Positions 49,573 through 62,207 of a stretch of 64,000 nt of DNA are shown piece after piece. This stretch comes from Schmidtea polychroa (lineage: Eukaryota). Made by a program: the position numbers and the translations under genes. Under the pieces are notes generated by a model. It did not search any database and had not been told where the DNA came from. It saw nothing but the letters and a program-made list of their open reading frames with translations. Every line of letters begins with the position of its first letter. Position 1 is the stretch's first letter. The stretch is taken from assembly GCA_044892525.1 (NCBI GenBank), contig CM097887.1, positions 3,596,001 to 3,660,000 on the forward strand, written 5' to 3'.

Positions 49573-50907
49573 CAGTGGCGTACGCAGGGGTGGGGGGTTA
49601 CTGGGGGTTTAACCCCTCATGATTCCAACAACAATATAAAAAACTATAATTCCTCCTTTTGTAGTGCGTATGTGTGGGGTACGTCTGGAGAGTGTCCGTT
49701 GCCAAGATTGCTTTCGGAACCCCCGTTGCGAAAAAGTCTACACGGCACAAACGCATCTTGCAGTAATGGTAAGCACATGTGGCAATCTTTTGTTTGTCAA
49801 GAGTCAAGTGCTTGCTATCACTAGTTTTGACATTTTGAGCCTGTTTCATTATTTACAAACTCTATTATTATTTAACTTAAAGAAAAATTACAAACATTAA
49901 TAGTGTAGTAAGGGTAGTTGTTTGATCAATGTGAAAATCTCCAGGAAGAAGCGGATAAAGTAATCGTGTTTGTGAACTAAGCCGAAAGTGAATAAGAAAT
50001 TAACCTAAGCGTTGGGCTACAAAGCATTTCTTTACCGGTGCTGGAGTGCTGAAGTCTAATTTTCGATTATTAGTAATTAGCAGTCAATGGTAGACCGCCA
50101 TCGACTCCGATATTCGCGACGTGGATGAATTAGAAATGACACCAAGTGACGAATTCAGAACAAATGTTTTCAATGTTTTCTTAGATTGTATTATTGGAAA
50201 TATTGCAAGAAGATTTAATGCGGCTAAAGAAATTGATTCGTTATTTAATGTAACATGGTTATTTCATAACCTTAATGATGAAGAAATACAAAAGAAGTCC
50301 GAAAAATTACAAAAGGTATATGAAAATAATATTGACCATAATCTTGGTAAAAAAATACTCCATTTAAAATCAATTTATGATGCCAATATACAAAACAAAT
50401 CTCTCTCGCTCATTGAGTTACTAAACATCAATAAAAAATGAAACTGGATGTATTGTTTCCCAACATAATAATAGCAATAAGATTATTTTGTACGATCCCT
50501 GTAACCGTTGCTGAAGCAGAACTATCCTTTAGTGTTTTAAAAAGGATAAAAGATGTTTTGAGATCCACAATGTCACAACACCGATTGAATGATTTAGGAA
50601 TGTTGTCGATTGAATCTGAAATGGCTAAGAAAATTGATTTTCAAGACGTAATTAATTTGTTTGCTAGGCGCAAGGTTCGGAAAGCAACATTCTAAAAAAT
50701 AATTTGTTTTTTGTACTTTTTTTGTAATTTTAGTTGTAAACGTTTTCATGTTTGTAAGAGAATTTTTGATGAATACATTGGTCCAATAACAATTAGGACA
50801 TTTTTCGGTTTCCCGCTTCATTTATAAATAGCCCAAAGTCCGAGGGGAAAATTTTTTTTCACGCTCTTGGCAGGGGCCCACACAAGAAGTATATCCCCGG
50901 GCCCCAA
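49573..50907 (+). mobile_element. Internally deleted hAT (ZMYM1/P52rIPK-like) with C-terminal dimerisation domain
   Basis: Left end CAGTGGCGTACGCAGGGG. LFPNIIIAIRLFCTIPVTVAEAELSFSVLKRIKDVLRSTMSQHRLNDLGMLSIES. GGGCCC-rich right end runs into a gap. Confidence 0.85.
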
Positions 50908-51574
50908 NNNNNNNNNNNNNNNNNNNNNNNNNNNNNNNNNNNNNNNNNNNNNNNNNNNNNNNNNNNNNNNNNNNNNNNNNNNNNNNNNNNNNNNNNNNNN
51001 NNNNNNNNNNNNNNNNNNNNNNNNNNNNNNNNNNNNNNNNNNNNNNNNNNNNNNNCATGTTTGACACGTTTGTCAAGAATGAAAATAAGTGATAGTTTGG
51101 AGCTAGAAGGCTAGCAGTAATTATTTATGCATAATTGTACTACACTCATTATACAAACTGTCAAATTGTTTTTGCAAAATACAAAAAATTAATTTAAGTT
51201 TTTTCTCAAAAATTTTTTCCACATTATTTTAATAAATTGAAAACAATTTGTTAATCATTTATAACTTTTAAAATGAAAAAGATTCTCAAAATTTTGCATG
51301 TATAATTTATCATGTGTGTTGTGTTTGTATGTAAATTATTTTCCTACACCTAATTCCGAAATACAATTAACATATTATTATTTTCAATTTATTAGAAAAA
51401 CATCGTAAGATTTATAAGACTATTTATAAATTTATTGCTTATATTCTCATTGTCTGAATTAGAAAATATTTTCATTAAAATAGCCATAAATCAGGGGGGG
51501 AATTGAAAATTTTATTAATTTCATAATTCTAAAAAAAATTTATAATACAAATGTTGACAAAAATTAATATTTAA

Positions 51575-51707
51575 CCTTTTCGCGACGAAGACCGTATATT
51601 CCCATATTTATCAGATTTCATTATATATTTAAGTTTAAACTTGTCAGTTATTTCATAGTGGCACACGAACGTTTTATTGGCATATTTAATAGGACGTCGG
51701 GAAAAGG
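51575..51707. mobile_element. Short piggyBac-type MITE (133 bp)
   Basis: TTAA|CCTTTTCGCGACG...CGTCGGGAAAAGG|TAAA. Confidence 0.6.
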
Positions 51708-51829
51708 TAAAGAACTTGAATAATTATCTCATAATTATATACAATCATAATTCAATTTACCAATCAAAAACAAAAAATCATTAATAAGCATTTTATTATA
51801 TAATACAATATGCAAAATAAATCTAAAAT

Positions 51830-53731
51830 TTATTTGCTGGATTTTTTCTTTTTAGCTTGTGGTTCATTATTCTCTGTTGGTTCCACTGCCGTTTCAATTC
51901 TGGACTTTTTCTTCTTCTTTTTCTTCTCTGCCTTCTCAGTATCCATGGGAACAGTCACTTTATCTTCCACCATTGCAGTTTCTATTTCTCCATTAACAGC
52001 AGATTTTGACTTATCCTTTTTCCTCTTTCCCGATTCTGCAGCTGCTGCTGTTGTTGTTACGCTTACTGATTCGCTATCGATTTTCTCTCTCTTCACTTCC
52101 GTTTCCATAGTGATTTCTTCTACTTTCGATTTCCTTTTCTTCTTTTTCTTTCCCACCAAATCAGAATTCTCCTCAACTTTAACAGCAATTTCCTCCACCT
52201 TGACTTCCTCAACTTGTTTTTTATTCTTTTTACTCTTCTCCTTGACAACCGCTTCTCCTTCGCCTTCCTTCAATTTCGATTCTTCTTTCACCTCGGTTAT
52301 TGGATTTTCCATCTTTTCTTTCTTCACCTTTTTCTTTTTCTTCTTTTCCTTGTTTTCTTCATTAATCAGCGAATTAAAATCGTTCTCAATTTTGATTGGT
52401 TCATTTTCATTTTTCATTTCTTTCTTCAATTTCAGCTCCGCAATAAATTCCTTCGCCTCTTTCACGGCATTTTCCATCATTTCAAAGTTTTTCTGTGGCT
52501 CCTTTCCCGTTTCCAAATACACCAATTGATCTTCGACGTGTTTTTTCAAGTGCTGTCCGTAGATATTGATTGGCTCGTCAAGAAAGCAATCCAATCGGAC
52601 GGCGAGGGAGATTTTCGCAGCGAGGAATCGTGAAATCCTTCCTTTATCCCCCTTTGCAGCGCGGCCAATGAACGACGAGTGGAAAATCAGGCCGTATTTG
52701 GGCGTGTTCCCCCTGGCCTTGATGGCGCGGAACAAAGCTTTCTCAGCGCCGAGGATCTGAATGGTTGACGCGGGGAACTTGGCGAGATTGATGAGGGAGC
52801 CCGCGTGGCTGATAAGCCGAGCTGCTACAATATCTCCAACGAGAGTCGAGAAATTCGGAGCGACTTGATTCATTTTCCTATTCAAATATTTCGCTGTGTT
52901 TTCCCGCTCGTTTATCATCAATATCAATTTATCCGCGAACGATTTGATGTTGATAAAATCCTCCGAGCTCAATTCGTATCCCATCGATGATTTAGCCGAT
53001 TCGATAACCATTTGAGATTTAGAGGAATCCTGAAGAATTTCTTCGATTCTATCAAAGTTAGATTGCACCGCTCCAGCTCGGGATCCAATCAATGAGGCGA
53101 TTCTTGCATACATTTTGTAATCGGGGACGATTTTAAACAATTCCGGATAATGATATCCAAACCATTCTCGCAATCTCATTGAAACGGTGTTAATATCTTT
53201 ATCCATTTGATCCAAGAGATTAATTGCTTGGATTATCATATTATCCGATCGATTGACGTTGTATTTGATTTTAATTCTAGAATAACCATGGCCAAGACCG
53301 ATATGGGCTTTTACGATATGATCTTGACTATCGTTAAGAAATAGATGGAAATTATGACGAAGTTCTCGCATATTGAAAATGAGGCTATTATCCGCCGAGA
53401 ATGCCAATTCAGGATTCAGATTTAATCCTTTTAATGATTCGAGCAATCGTTTGTCGTTGACAACCAAAATTGACTTGCCTTTGATTAGATGAGTAGTTAG
53501 AAGCTTTTCAAGGTCCTTAGATACAACACCATTGGCGATGTCAACACAGTTAAAGGCAGCATTTGCAGCGGAAGCAAAAGGTTTAAATTCAACTAACTCA
53601 AAATCCGAAGTAAATTTAGAAATATTTCTTTCTTTTAATTTGGTTAAAAGCTCATCTGTTGATTTGCAGGTTTTAGATAAAAGAAGACCATAGCCAATGG
53701 CCTGTTCTATTAGAATATAAGTTTGTACCAT
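51830..53731 (-). CDS. NOP56: Nucleolar protein 56 (box C/D snoRNP core), intronless, 633 aa with Lys/Glu-rich tail
   Basis: GLGHGYSRIKIKYNVNRSDNMIIQAINLLDQMDKDIN, REWFGYHYPEL, AKFPASTIQILGAEKALFRA, GNTPKYGLIFHS, KGRISRFLA; the NRxDNMIIQ signature favours NOP56 over NOP58. Confidence 0.95.
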   Translation of the reverse strand: MVQTYILIEQAIGYGLLLSKTCKSTDELLTKLKERNISKFTSDFELVEFKPFASAANAAFNCVDIANGVVSKDLEKLLTTHLIKGKSILVVNDKRLLESLKGLNLNPELAFSADNSLIFNMRELRHNFHLFLNDSQDHIVKAHIGLGHGYSRIKIKYNVNRSDNMIIQAINLLDQMDKDINTVSMRLREWFGYHYPELFKIVPDYKMYARIASLIGSRAGAVQSNFDRIEEILQDSSKSQMVIESAKSSMGYELSSEDFINIKSFADKLILMINERENTAKYLNRKMNQVAPNFSTLVGDIVAARLISHAGSLINLAKFPASTIQILGAEKALFRAIKARGNTPKYGLIFHSSFIGRAAKGDKGRISRFLAAKISLAVRLDCFLDEPINIYGQHLKKHVEDQLVYLETGKEPQKNFEMMENAVKEAKEFIAELKLKKEMKNENEPIKIENDFNSLINEENKEKKKKKKVKKEKMENPITEVKEESKLKEGEGEAVVKEKSKKNKKQVEEVKVEEIAVKVEENSDLVGKKKKKRKSKVEEITMETEVKREKIDSESVSVTTTAAAAESGKRKKDKSKSAVNGEIETAMVEDKVTVPMDTEKAEKKKKKKKSRIETAVEPTENNEPQAKKKKSSK

Positions 53732-54127
53732 TTATGACTAAAAATAATAATGTAATAATTTATAAAATACAGCACTATGAAACTCACATTAAAAAACACG
53801 ATTTTTACTAATTATTTAAACAATTTTTATTTATTTACTTAATTTAAAATCAGTCGAATAATTTACATTATTTAAACTGAAACTTTTTAACTAAAATTGA
53901 TAAACATCATTTTATTTTAAAATTATGAACAAATAAATGTATATTTTATAACTAATACTTTGCTTTTTTTGTAAATTTTACGAGTTAAATTTATTAAACA
54001 TTAAACTTTTTTTAAACGATTGAAATGTTTATAAGGTAAAAATATCAAATTAGGGGAAAACTAAATTCAATATAATATTGTTACTTTTTTCATGTTCTAC
54101 ATCAAACTATGGCATATTTAAACAATT

Positions 54128-54340
54128 TCAAGGCAAACCCTTGCATAACCAATCATATAAAAACCATGTTGGTAATGCTGGCTGAAACTCAATAAGCAGG
54201 TGAGCTCCAATATGTAAACTACTCCTCATCGCACTTTCATTTTTGGGTTCATGACTGTCGATAGAAGGTCTTGCGTCGCTTTTTAATATATATTCCTTTT
54301 TTAGATTATTATTCACCTTTGTTCATTAAATTAAGGTCCT
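54128..54340 (-). mobile_element. Possible THAP/P-element transposase remnant
   Basis: LKSDARPSI resembles the THAP AVPSI motif. Short and decayed. Confidence 0.3.
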
Positions 54341-54360
54341 CGTTACTTGATGTTATTCAA

Positions 54361-55000
54361 TGTTACCTTAAAACTTTCCGCGGGGATCCCCTTTATTTTA
54401 TAATGGATAAATACATAAAAAAACCTAAATGAAAAATAACATAATAAATAAATAAATTACCTGGGGAAGATCGTCATGACAAACGGGACGATCTATGGAA
54501 ACTTAGAAAAGAAAACAGAAGTAAAAAGAAATTAAAAATGAGAAAGATAAATCAAATAAAAGGAAACAACCAATAAATTAAAACAAAGGTCATTGTTAAT
54601 TAAGAAGTACAGGTGAAGTTGGAATTTCAAATTCCAGAAAAACAAAATAAAGGAAAAAGCCGTATCTTGACCGCTTGTCAAAGATAGCGAAATTGTCGGG
54701 AGAAGGCGGCTTAACAGAAAAGGAAAATGGAAAAAATATCTTGACATCTGTCAGAGATAAGGCTGATGTAGAGGAAAAGGAAAATGGTAAACAGAATCTG
54801 TCGCCAGTGCCACAAACAAAACAACTATATAAAGGAAAACTAGTGCGCGAGAAATCAGAACAAATTTAGAACAGATTTAGAACAAAATTAGAACGAGAAG
54901 TAGAACGAAAACAGAACGAAATTGAGAACAAAACGAAACGAAATTAGAGACAAAAGTAGAGTAAAATTTTAAATTTAACAACCTCAGCAATTTTTCCCCT
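54361..55000 (+). mobile_element. Diverged LTR related to 23175-24034
   Basis: Starts TGTTAC. CCTGGGGAAGATCG..GAAACTTAGAAAAGAAAACAGAA..GGTCATT..AAGTACA parallels the minus strand of about 23830-23990. CTATATAAA at about 54825. Confidence 0.55.
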
Positions 55001-55714
55001 ATATTTTCAAAAGTTAAAAGATAATTATCAAAAACACTTGAAAAAGGTTGTGCCGAAAATTCGTTATTATAAAAAAGATCGACTTCTTTACCGATTCATA
55101 NNNNNNNNNNNNNNNNNNNNNNNNNNNNNNNNNNNNNNNNNNNNNNNNNNNNNNNNNNNNNNNNNNNNNNNNNNNNNNNNNNNNNNNNNNNNNNNNNNNN
55201 NNNNNNNNNNNNNNNNNNNNNNNNNNNNNNNNNNNNNNNNNNNNNNNNNNNNNNACTCGGAACTTTAAAGATTCAAAATCATCAAGTCTCCCGAAAATAA
55301 ATTTTTATGTTTTCCACATTCCAATTGGTTGACCTGCACTAATTAATTAATGCTTATCTTTTACCTTACTTTTAATTTATTATTTTAATTTATTGAAAAT
55401 ATTATGATTTTCATAACTGAAAATGTATTTATTAGAAATATTTTGACTATGAGTCAGTAAAGATATCGATGTTTTTGGTATTCACGAAAAGGGCTATGCC
55501 GAAAATTAGTGAATATAAAAAAAAGTCGATATCTTTACTGACTCATAGTTAAAAATTTTTTAATAAATACAATGTCAATTGAAAAGAAATCAGAAGTGAA
55601 AATTGAAAAAGTTCTTATAATATTTTCATAATTTTAAAAGTCTTCAAATTGAAAAAATGAAATCAAATATTTTAAGGTGTTTTTGACTTTTGCCATGTAA
55701 ATATTTCCATGTGA

Positions 55715-55768
55715 CAACGTTTCCCAAACTGTTTTGACCGCGGCCGGTACGAGATTTGGGAAACGCTG
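55715..55768. mobile_element. Minimal 54-bp hAT element
   Basis: TIR CAACGTTTCCCAAA / TTTGGGAAACGCTG, 8-bp TSD CCATGTGA / CTATGTGA (7 of 8). Confidence 0.75.
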
Positions 55769-56385
55769 CTATGTGAGCTTCAAAAATACCAGTGGAGAAT
55801 CTGAGGTGTCCTAATTTAATTTATTTAATCATAAATTGACAATACATTATTCATATTTTTAGGCACACTTGAAAAAGGCTTTATCACAAAGTTTTAAGTC
55901 TAGAGGAGAACAGATAGTTTTGGTAAGATAATATAATGTACATTTGTTACTGCAACAATTCTGACAGGCATACTCTCGTTGGAAGTTCCTAGGCTCTTTA
56001 ATTTCGGTATCTTCTTTCAATCTACTGGTGATTACACCTGTTTTAGAACCTGTAATAAAAATAGTTTAATTAAATCCATCACTTCTACTCAAACGCCATT
56101 CCATTTCCTGAATCATGGAAAATAACAGAATATTAAGACAATTCGTGCACAAAATCATATGATTTTACATTTGAGGAGTGGACCTGCGCTAATTACCTAC
56201 AGGGAAATGTAAAATGATTCTACAGCTAGTTCATTATGACTTGGGCTTTATAAAAAACCAGTTTACTCTACCCTCCACAATCCCAACAAAATATTAATAT
56301 TTTATTGAACAATACAAATTAAAATTGATGAAAATTTTAAATCAAAAATTCACTAATGTCTTCACAACCCAATTTAACTCTAGGG

Positions 56386-59158
56386 CAGGCATAAGCAACA
56401 TACGGCCCGCGGGTCGGATCCGGCCCATGAGTTTCTTTTGACCGGCCCCCAGTGTTCATTGATTCACACCATATAACCAGGCCCTTGATAAGCTTTCAGG
56501 AATGTATGCAGTTGACGTTAGAGCTACACCATTAGTACAAATACGCATTTAATATAAGCGTGGTGGTGCAGCAGTAAACTTCCGGTCACCTCTCCACATT
56601 TACACCTCACTGTGAAGTATTTAGTTATATTCTATTAAGGAAACTTCCAACTTTCATGTAGAGCGTATAATTGTGCAGGGCTGAAGATGATCCCAAGTTC
56701 GTTGGTGTGCTACTGCTACTCTAATAGCTGGCCTTTATTCAATCCTGTAGGAGAGGTTAGGATGTACTAGTAGCTCTCTCTTAACTGTGAGGATGAGTGT
56801 GACTGGAATGAATGCATTAATGCCCTTGTTGTCATATTATTAGGCAGGTGAGGTTGTACAATAAAACTCCTTTAGCCAACAGTTCAATTATCAAAAATTA
56901 TGTTCACTACCTCTATGAACAAAACTTATAATTTTATGTTTATATTATAAAAAAAATACGCAACTTCAACCACAGTTGAGGATGAGCACTATTACAAAAA
57001 AACGAAAAGTTGACAGTGAACACCGAGTATTTAATGATAAGTGGACATCGGATTATCTGTTTGTAGAATCAAACAATATGCTCGTTTGTCTTGTTTGCTC
57101 GCAATCAATTTCCGTTAAAAAGGAATTTAATGTAAGACGGCATTACCAGACTCAGCATGCAGAAAAGTTCGATCAGATACAGGGACAATTAAGGAAAGAT
57201 AGGATCGAATCTCTCCGAAAAGCACTTCTAGGGCAACAGACATTCTTTATCAAAGTTAATAAAGAGGTTGAGTGTGTTGTGAAGGCGAGTTTCATGATAA
57301 GTGAGATAATTGCCAAGAAACTGTAAACCGTTTTCTGATGGGGAGTTTGTCAAAGAATGCATTGATGCTGCTGTGGATTGTATCTGTCCCGAAAAAAAAC
57401 AACTTTTCTCGAATATCAGCCTTTCTCGATTTACAATCGTAAGACGAATTGATGATATTGCAAAAAACATTGAAACAATCTTGAAAGAAAAAGCTGAACT
57501 ATTTCAAGAATATTCAATATGCCTTGATGAAAGCACGGATATGACAGACACCGCGCAGTTAGCAATTTTTGTGCGTGGGGTTGATCAGGACTTCCACGTT
57601 ACGGAAGAACTGTTGAAATTAGCGAGCATGATAGGGACTACAACTGGAGAAGATGTTTTTGATGAAATCAAAACTGCATTGGCAGAAAACGGGCTTTTTC
57701 TTCCAAAACTAACAGGAATAACGACAGACGGAGCTCCGGCAATGGTTGGAATAAAAAATGGAGTAGTTGGTTTATTGAAGGCGGAGCTTGTTAAAATGAA
57801 AGGAAGTGAGCAATTAATTTCATCACATTGCATAATCCACCAAGAGAATTTATGTGTAAAAGAACTAAAGATGGACCATGTGATGACAGTTGTTGTGAAA
57901 ACCATGAATTTCATAAGATCACGTGGATTGAATCATCAACAATTCAGAGTTTCTCACTAGCATTGAGACAGAATACTCGGATGTAATTTACTTTAGCGAA
58001 GTTCGTTGGCTGAGCAGAGGAAAAGTATTGCATCGCTTTTATTGCCTTCGTGAAGAAATTAAACTTTTTATGGAGATGAAGTCGAAACCAATTCCGGAGT
58101 TATCCGATGCAAATTGGCTACTTGACTTGGCCTTTTTGGTTGACATCACAACGCATCTGAATGATCTAAACACGAAGTTACAAGGCCGGGATCAACTGAT
58201 AAATAATCTTTACGATCATATCAAAGGATTTCAGACAAAGCTGAAACTATGGGAGAATCAATTATCAAAGGACATTACGGTGCATTTTCCAAATTTAACT
58301 GATTGCAAAAATGATGCAAATTTAGCTAACACGAAGAAATTTAATGAACACATAATTGCATTGAAAACACTGTTTTCTTCAAGATTTGCTGATTTTGCCG
58401 AACATGAAAATGATTTCAAACTATTTTCTGAACCATTCAGTGTTAATGTTGAGACAGCACCAGAATCAATGCAAATGGAGCTCATTGAATTGCAGTGTAA
58501 TGGCGATCTGGAAAGAAAGTTTCGTGACGTCTCTTTGATTCAATTCTACAAACTCTACATTTCTCAGAAAGCGTATCCATCAATCCGATATCATGCGCTA
58601 AAAATGGTCTCACTTTTCCCCAGCACTTACATCTGTGAACAATTCTTTTCTAAGATGAAACAAACAAAGTGCAAAAACAGATGTCGGCTCACTGATGATA
58701 ACTTGTCAAAGGAATTACGATAGCAACATCAACTATCAAGGCAAATATTTCAGATTTATGTCGTGATAAGAAGTGTCAAATGTCACACAGACCAAAACCA
58801 GAACAAGATTGATATTGATATTTTGGGTATATTTGAGTAGTATATGCAAACTTGAGAAGCATAAAAAATATAAATTCGAACAATCCAGAGTTTGTGCGAG
58901 TAAATAAACTATAAATATGGGATTATTAAAGTTAAATTTGGGTATTTTCATAGTTTGTATATTTTGCCTTCCAATAACAACTAGTATATAGTATATAATA
59001 TATAATATATGCCTAATCATGTAAATTTAAATGATCTTTGCTATTAAAAAGATATATTATTGGAATATATATTAATAAATTCGTGCTAAATACATCCGGC
59101 CCCGAAACATTTTCAAAGACTGAACTGGCCCCTAACAAAAACAAGTTGCTCATGCCTG
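56386..59158 (+). mobile_element. SPIN/OC1-like (Buster family) hAT, 2,773 bp; transposase about 56982-58760 with about 3 frameshifts
   Basis: TIR CAGGCAT(A/G)AGCAAC. KKRKVDSEHRVFNDKW, VCLVC..RRHYQTQH, KPFSDGEFVKEC, DESTD, TTDGAPAM, HCIIHQE, EVRWLSRG and STYICEQFFS motifs. TSD not preserved. Confidence 0.92.
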
Positions 59159-59468
59159 TTTTATAGTGTATGAAAATGAAAGCTATTTAAAATGTTTAAA
59201 TATTATCAAAATTGAAAAATATATAAATCTTCTTAATATGCTGTAAATGATATCGGCATGTTTGTTGCATTATAGAAATTAGATACACCATTAGATGTTT
59301 CATTAATTTTTTAATACTTTCTGGAATCCTTTAATAAATGAGCAGATGAACTTTGGTATATATAGGGTACTCGATCTAGATTCTAGAAGGATATACAGAA
59401 GCAAGTTTTAGTAAGATTTATTGCTCCATGTCAAATGGGATACATTATTTCATTGAACTTCTGCTTAA

Positions 59469-60078
59469 CACTAGGACGGCCGGAAATATTTTATACCTTG
59501 GAAGGCCAAACCGGTCAATTTGACCGGTGCACATATGCTCCTTATTTTCATGCTGAGATTTCTATGATGCAACTCATTTAGCAATACTTTCTTTGTGCTA
59601 CTAACACGCTTTCAAAATTTAACTATTTTTATTCTAACAGTAGTTAATTTATTAAACTACTTACAACAATAAAATAAAAATATTTGTTTAGCTGACACAA
59701 AGCTACACTATTTTAAACATTGTCAAGCTCAATTTCTTCATTAAAAAATCAGCTTTTATCTAGCAGGGATGGCACTCTTTGGAATCGAGTAGAAAACAAT
59801 CACGCTATTAGTGTTGGCAGTTTCCCTGCGCACAATATTTTTAGTGGAACACCTGGTGTGAAAGCTTTTGCAAAGCGCAAAATTGACTCACCCCTGAGCG
59901 CTTGGCGCTTGATAGTCTCTGAGGGAATGCTGAAGTTAATTCAAAAATACACAATTATGAAAGGAAAAGAAGCTTCGTCAGACTGGTGTATCAGTCTACA
60001 AGAATTAGATGCTTTTCTTGGATTGCTGTATCTCCGTGGTGCTTAACGGTCAAAATGACCGCTCTGGCCGTCCTAGTG
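59469..60078 (+). mobile_element. Internally deleted piggyBac (610 bp) retaining the transposase N-terminus
   Basis: TTAA TSDs, TIR CACTAGGACGGCC, internal CGGTCAA..TGACCG repeats, SRDGTLW..IDSPLSAWRL..ELDAFLGLLYLRG. Confidence 0.9.
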
Positions 60079-61963
60079 TTAATCGAGTGGTGGCCTAAAC
60101 TACCAGATGGTATAATGACAAGACAAGTTCATTGCAAAAATAGAATAGAAAATGTTTTTATTGGCAAATAATTACTTTTCCTGAGAAAAAGTTAAATATC
60201 GCTAATGAATATGAAAATTTTGTTCAAACATTTCCTCTTTACTGAACAAGAAACCAAATATTAAAAGACAATATTATTAAAAGACAAGTTCATTGCAAAA
60301 ATATGTTTATGATTTTATGAACAATTTTGCATGGGACAATTACTTCATTATGAAGGTGCGCGATATTAATATGAGTTAACCCCACCCCCCCCTCCCCTCT
60401 TCTGCTCGCCACCTTTCCAATATGTAATAAATAATAAAGTTAGTGTGGCAGAAATGCTGAGAAGGGGGGAGGGCTTGGGTAAGAACTAAATTAAAATACA
60501 TTTCAATAGAAAATAAAAAATCTTACAGCAGCCATTGATAAGGGAAATTTTGAGCTGGAAAATCGCATAAAATCTCATCAAATTTCTGCACAAATAAAAT
60601 TTCGTTGAATTTCCTTTCGGCATAAAATATATTTTATTATTATTTAATCGATAAATATAATGAATTAATTAAATAATAATTATTTTCTTTCATCCTATTT
60701 TGATTGAAATTATTTGATGAGAAAATAAAAATTTATCTATCCAAATATTTATATTTTTTGTGGTTTGGAAATTGTAAGTGTTAGGTTATGATCAGGTGGA
60801 TTGATTTTTTCCTAACACAGTTATATCTGACTCCAAAAATATAAATACTAAATATGTGCATGTAAATATAATTAATTTAGTATGGATTAAACAAGACTTG
60901 AATATAAAGAACTTTATTAACTATGCACAAATATACAAAAGTAAATAAATAGGTTTTCCAAAAATGCCGCTGAATTATATGCAGGAAAGGATATCCGTTA
61001 TACAAACCGTCCTCAGATAAAAGTGACAAATGCTGGATCTAATTGCTCACAGCACTGTATTTAAAGTTTGGAACAAGAGAGAGGGATTTCCCGAAGTTTA
61101 CGCGATCGTCTAGATCAAGATTGATCTAGCATTAGCTAGATTAAACCCTCTGGTAATTTAATTTAAGACAGACAGAAATGCTACTTCTCGTCGCCGAGTT
61201 GTGCAAATATTTCTATTTATAATTAAATATTCAAATAACCTCACGGCTAAGAATATTAATTGTTTTCACTTTTCTTTAAACGCTTTACAGCTTTTAATTC
61301 CTCCACGACTTTTATATTTGATTCTAAGCAGAAATCGCTTGAACAAATTTGGCTCTCTGATTGACTTTATATAACAAATTTCTGAGCAGTATCTGGTCAG
61401 TAATTCCAAAAACTACCGCAGTATTAAATTGCATTTTTTTCTTATTTTTTCTCTGGAAACTGCTGCTTATCGGTATTGATTTTGTCAGCACAGATCAAAA
61501 TTTATTTCTGCCTAACTAAAAAATTTCTACTTATATATATTTATAAATTACTTATTATAGTATTCTATTTGTATTTATTATTTATAGTAATTTATTCTAA
61601 ATTTAGTAATTATTAATTATTTATACTTATTATTATTTATTTCCTAGCCTTTACATGGCTATCGAAAATTGCTCTCAGAACGATCCAAACCCCAAAATAA
61701 GTTTGGTTAGGCTTTTTGGATCATGTCCATTATCTGCCACCCCGGTGGCAGATATTTCCCATATACACTTACAGAAATTGATCCTCTGTATAGCGTTTCA
61801 CGGTATAATGGTAAATTGAAAAAACAATCAAGTGTACAATCGGAGGGGTAGCGCGTGTGTTAAATGTACATATACATTTATGACCCTAGAGGGAAAAAGC
61901 ATCCTATTGGATAGACTACTCTATGAATGTGATTAATGGAAATGAGCTGGTGTATCTTGTTTG

Positions 61964-62113
61964 CAGGCCCGGTTTTAGGCATAGGCGACGTCGGCAGCAG
62001 CCTAGGGCGCCGATTTACAAGCGGGCGCCAAATAGTTCTGCTTTTTTTATCAAGTAAATTAAATATTTTATAAACTTTCTATCTTTATATTGATATATAC
62101 ATATGTATGAATT

Positions 62114-62207
<94 letters not shown>

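Noticed and set aside
51810-52990. Plus-strand ORFs of 239, 139, 64 and 61 aa
   Set aside because: Antisense shadows of NOP56, especially its low-complexity Lys/Glu tail.
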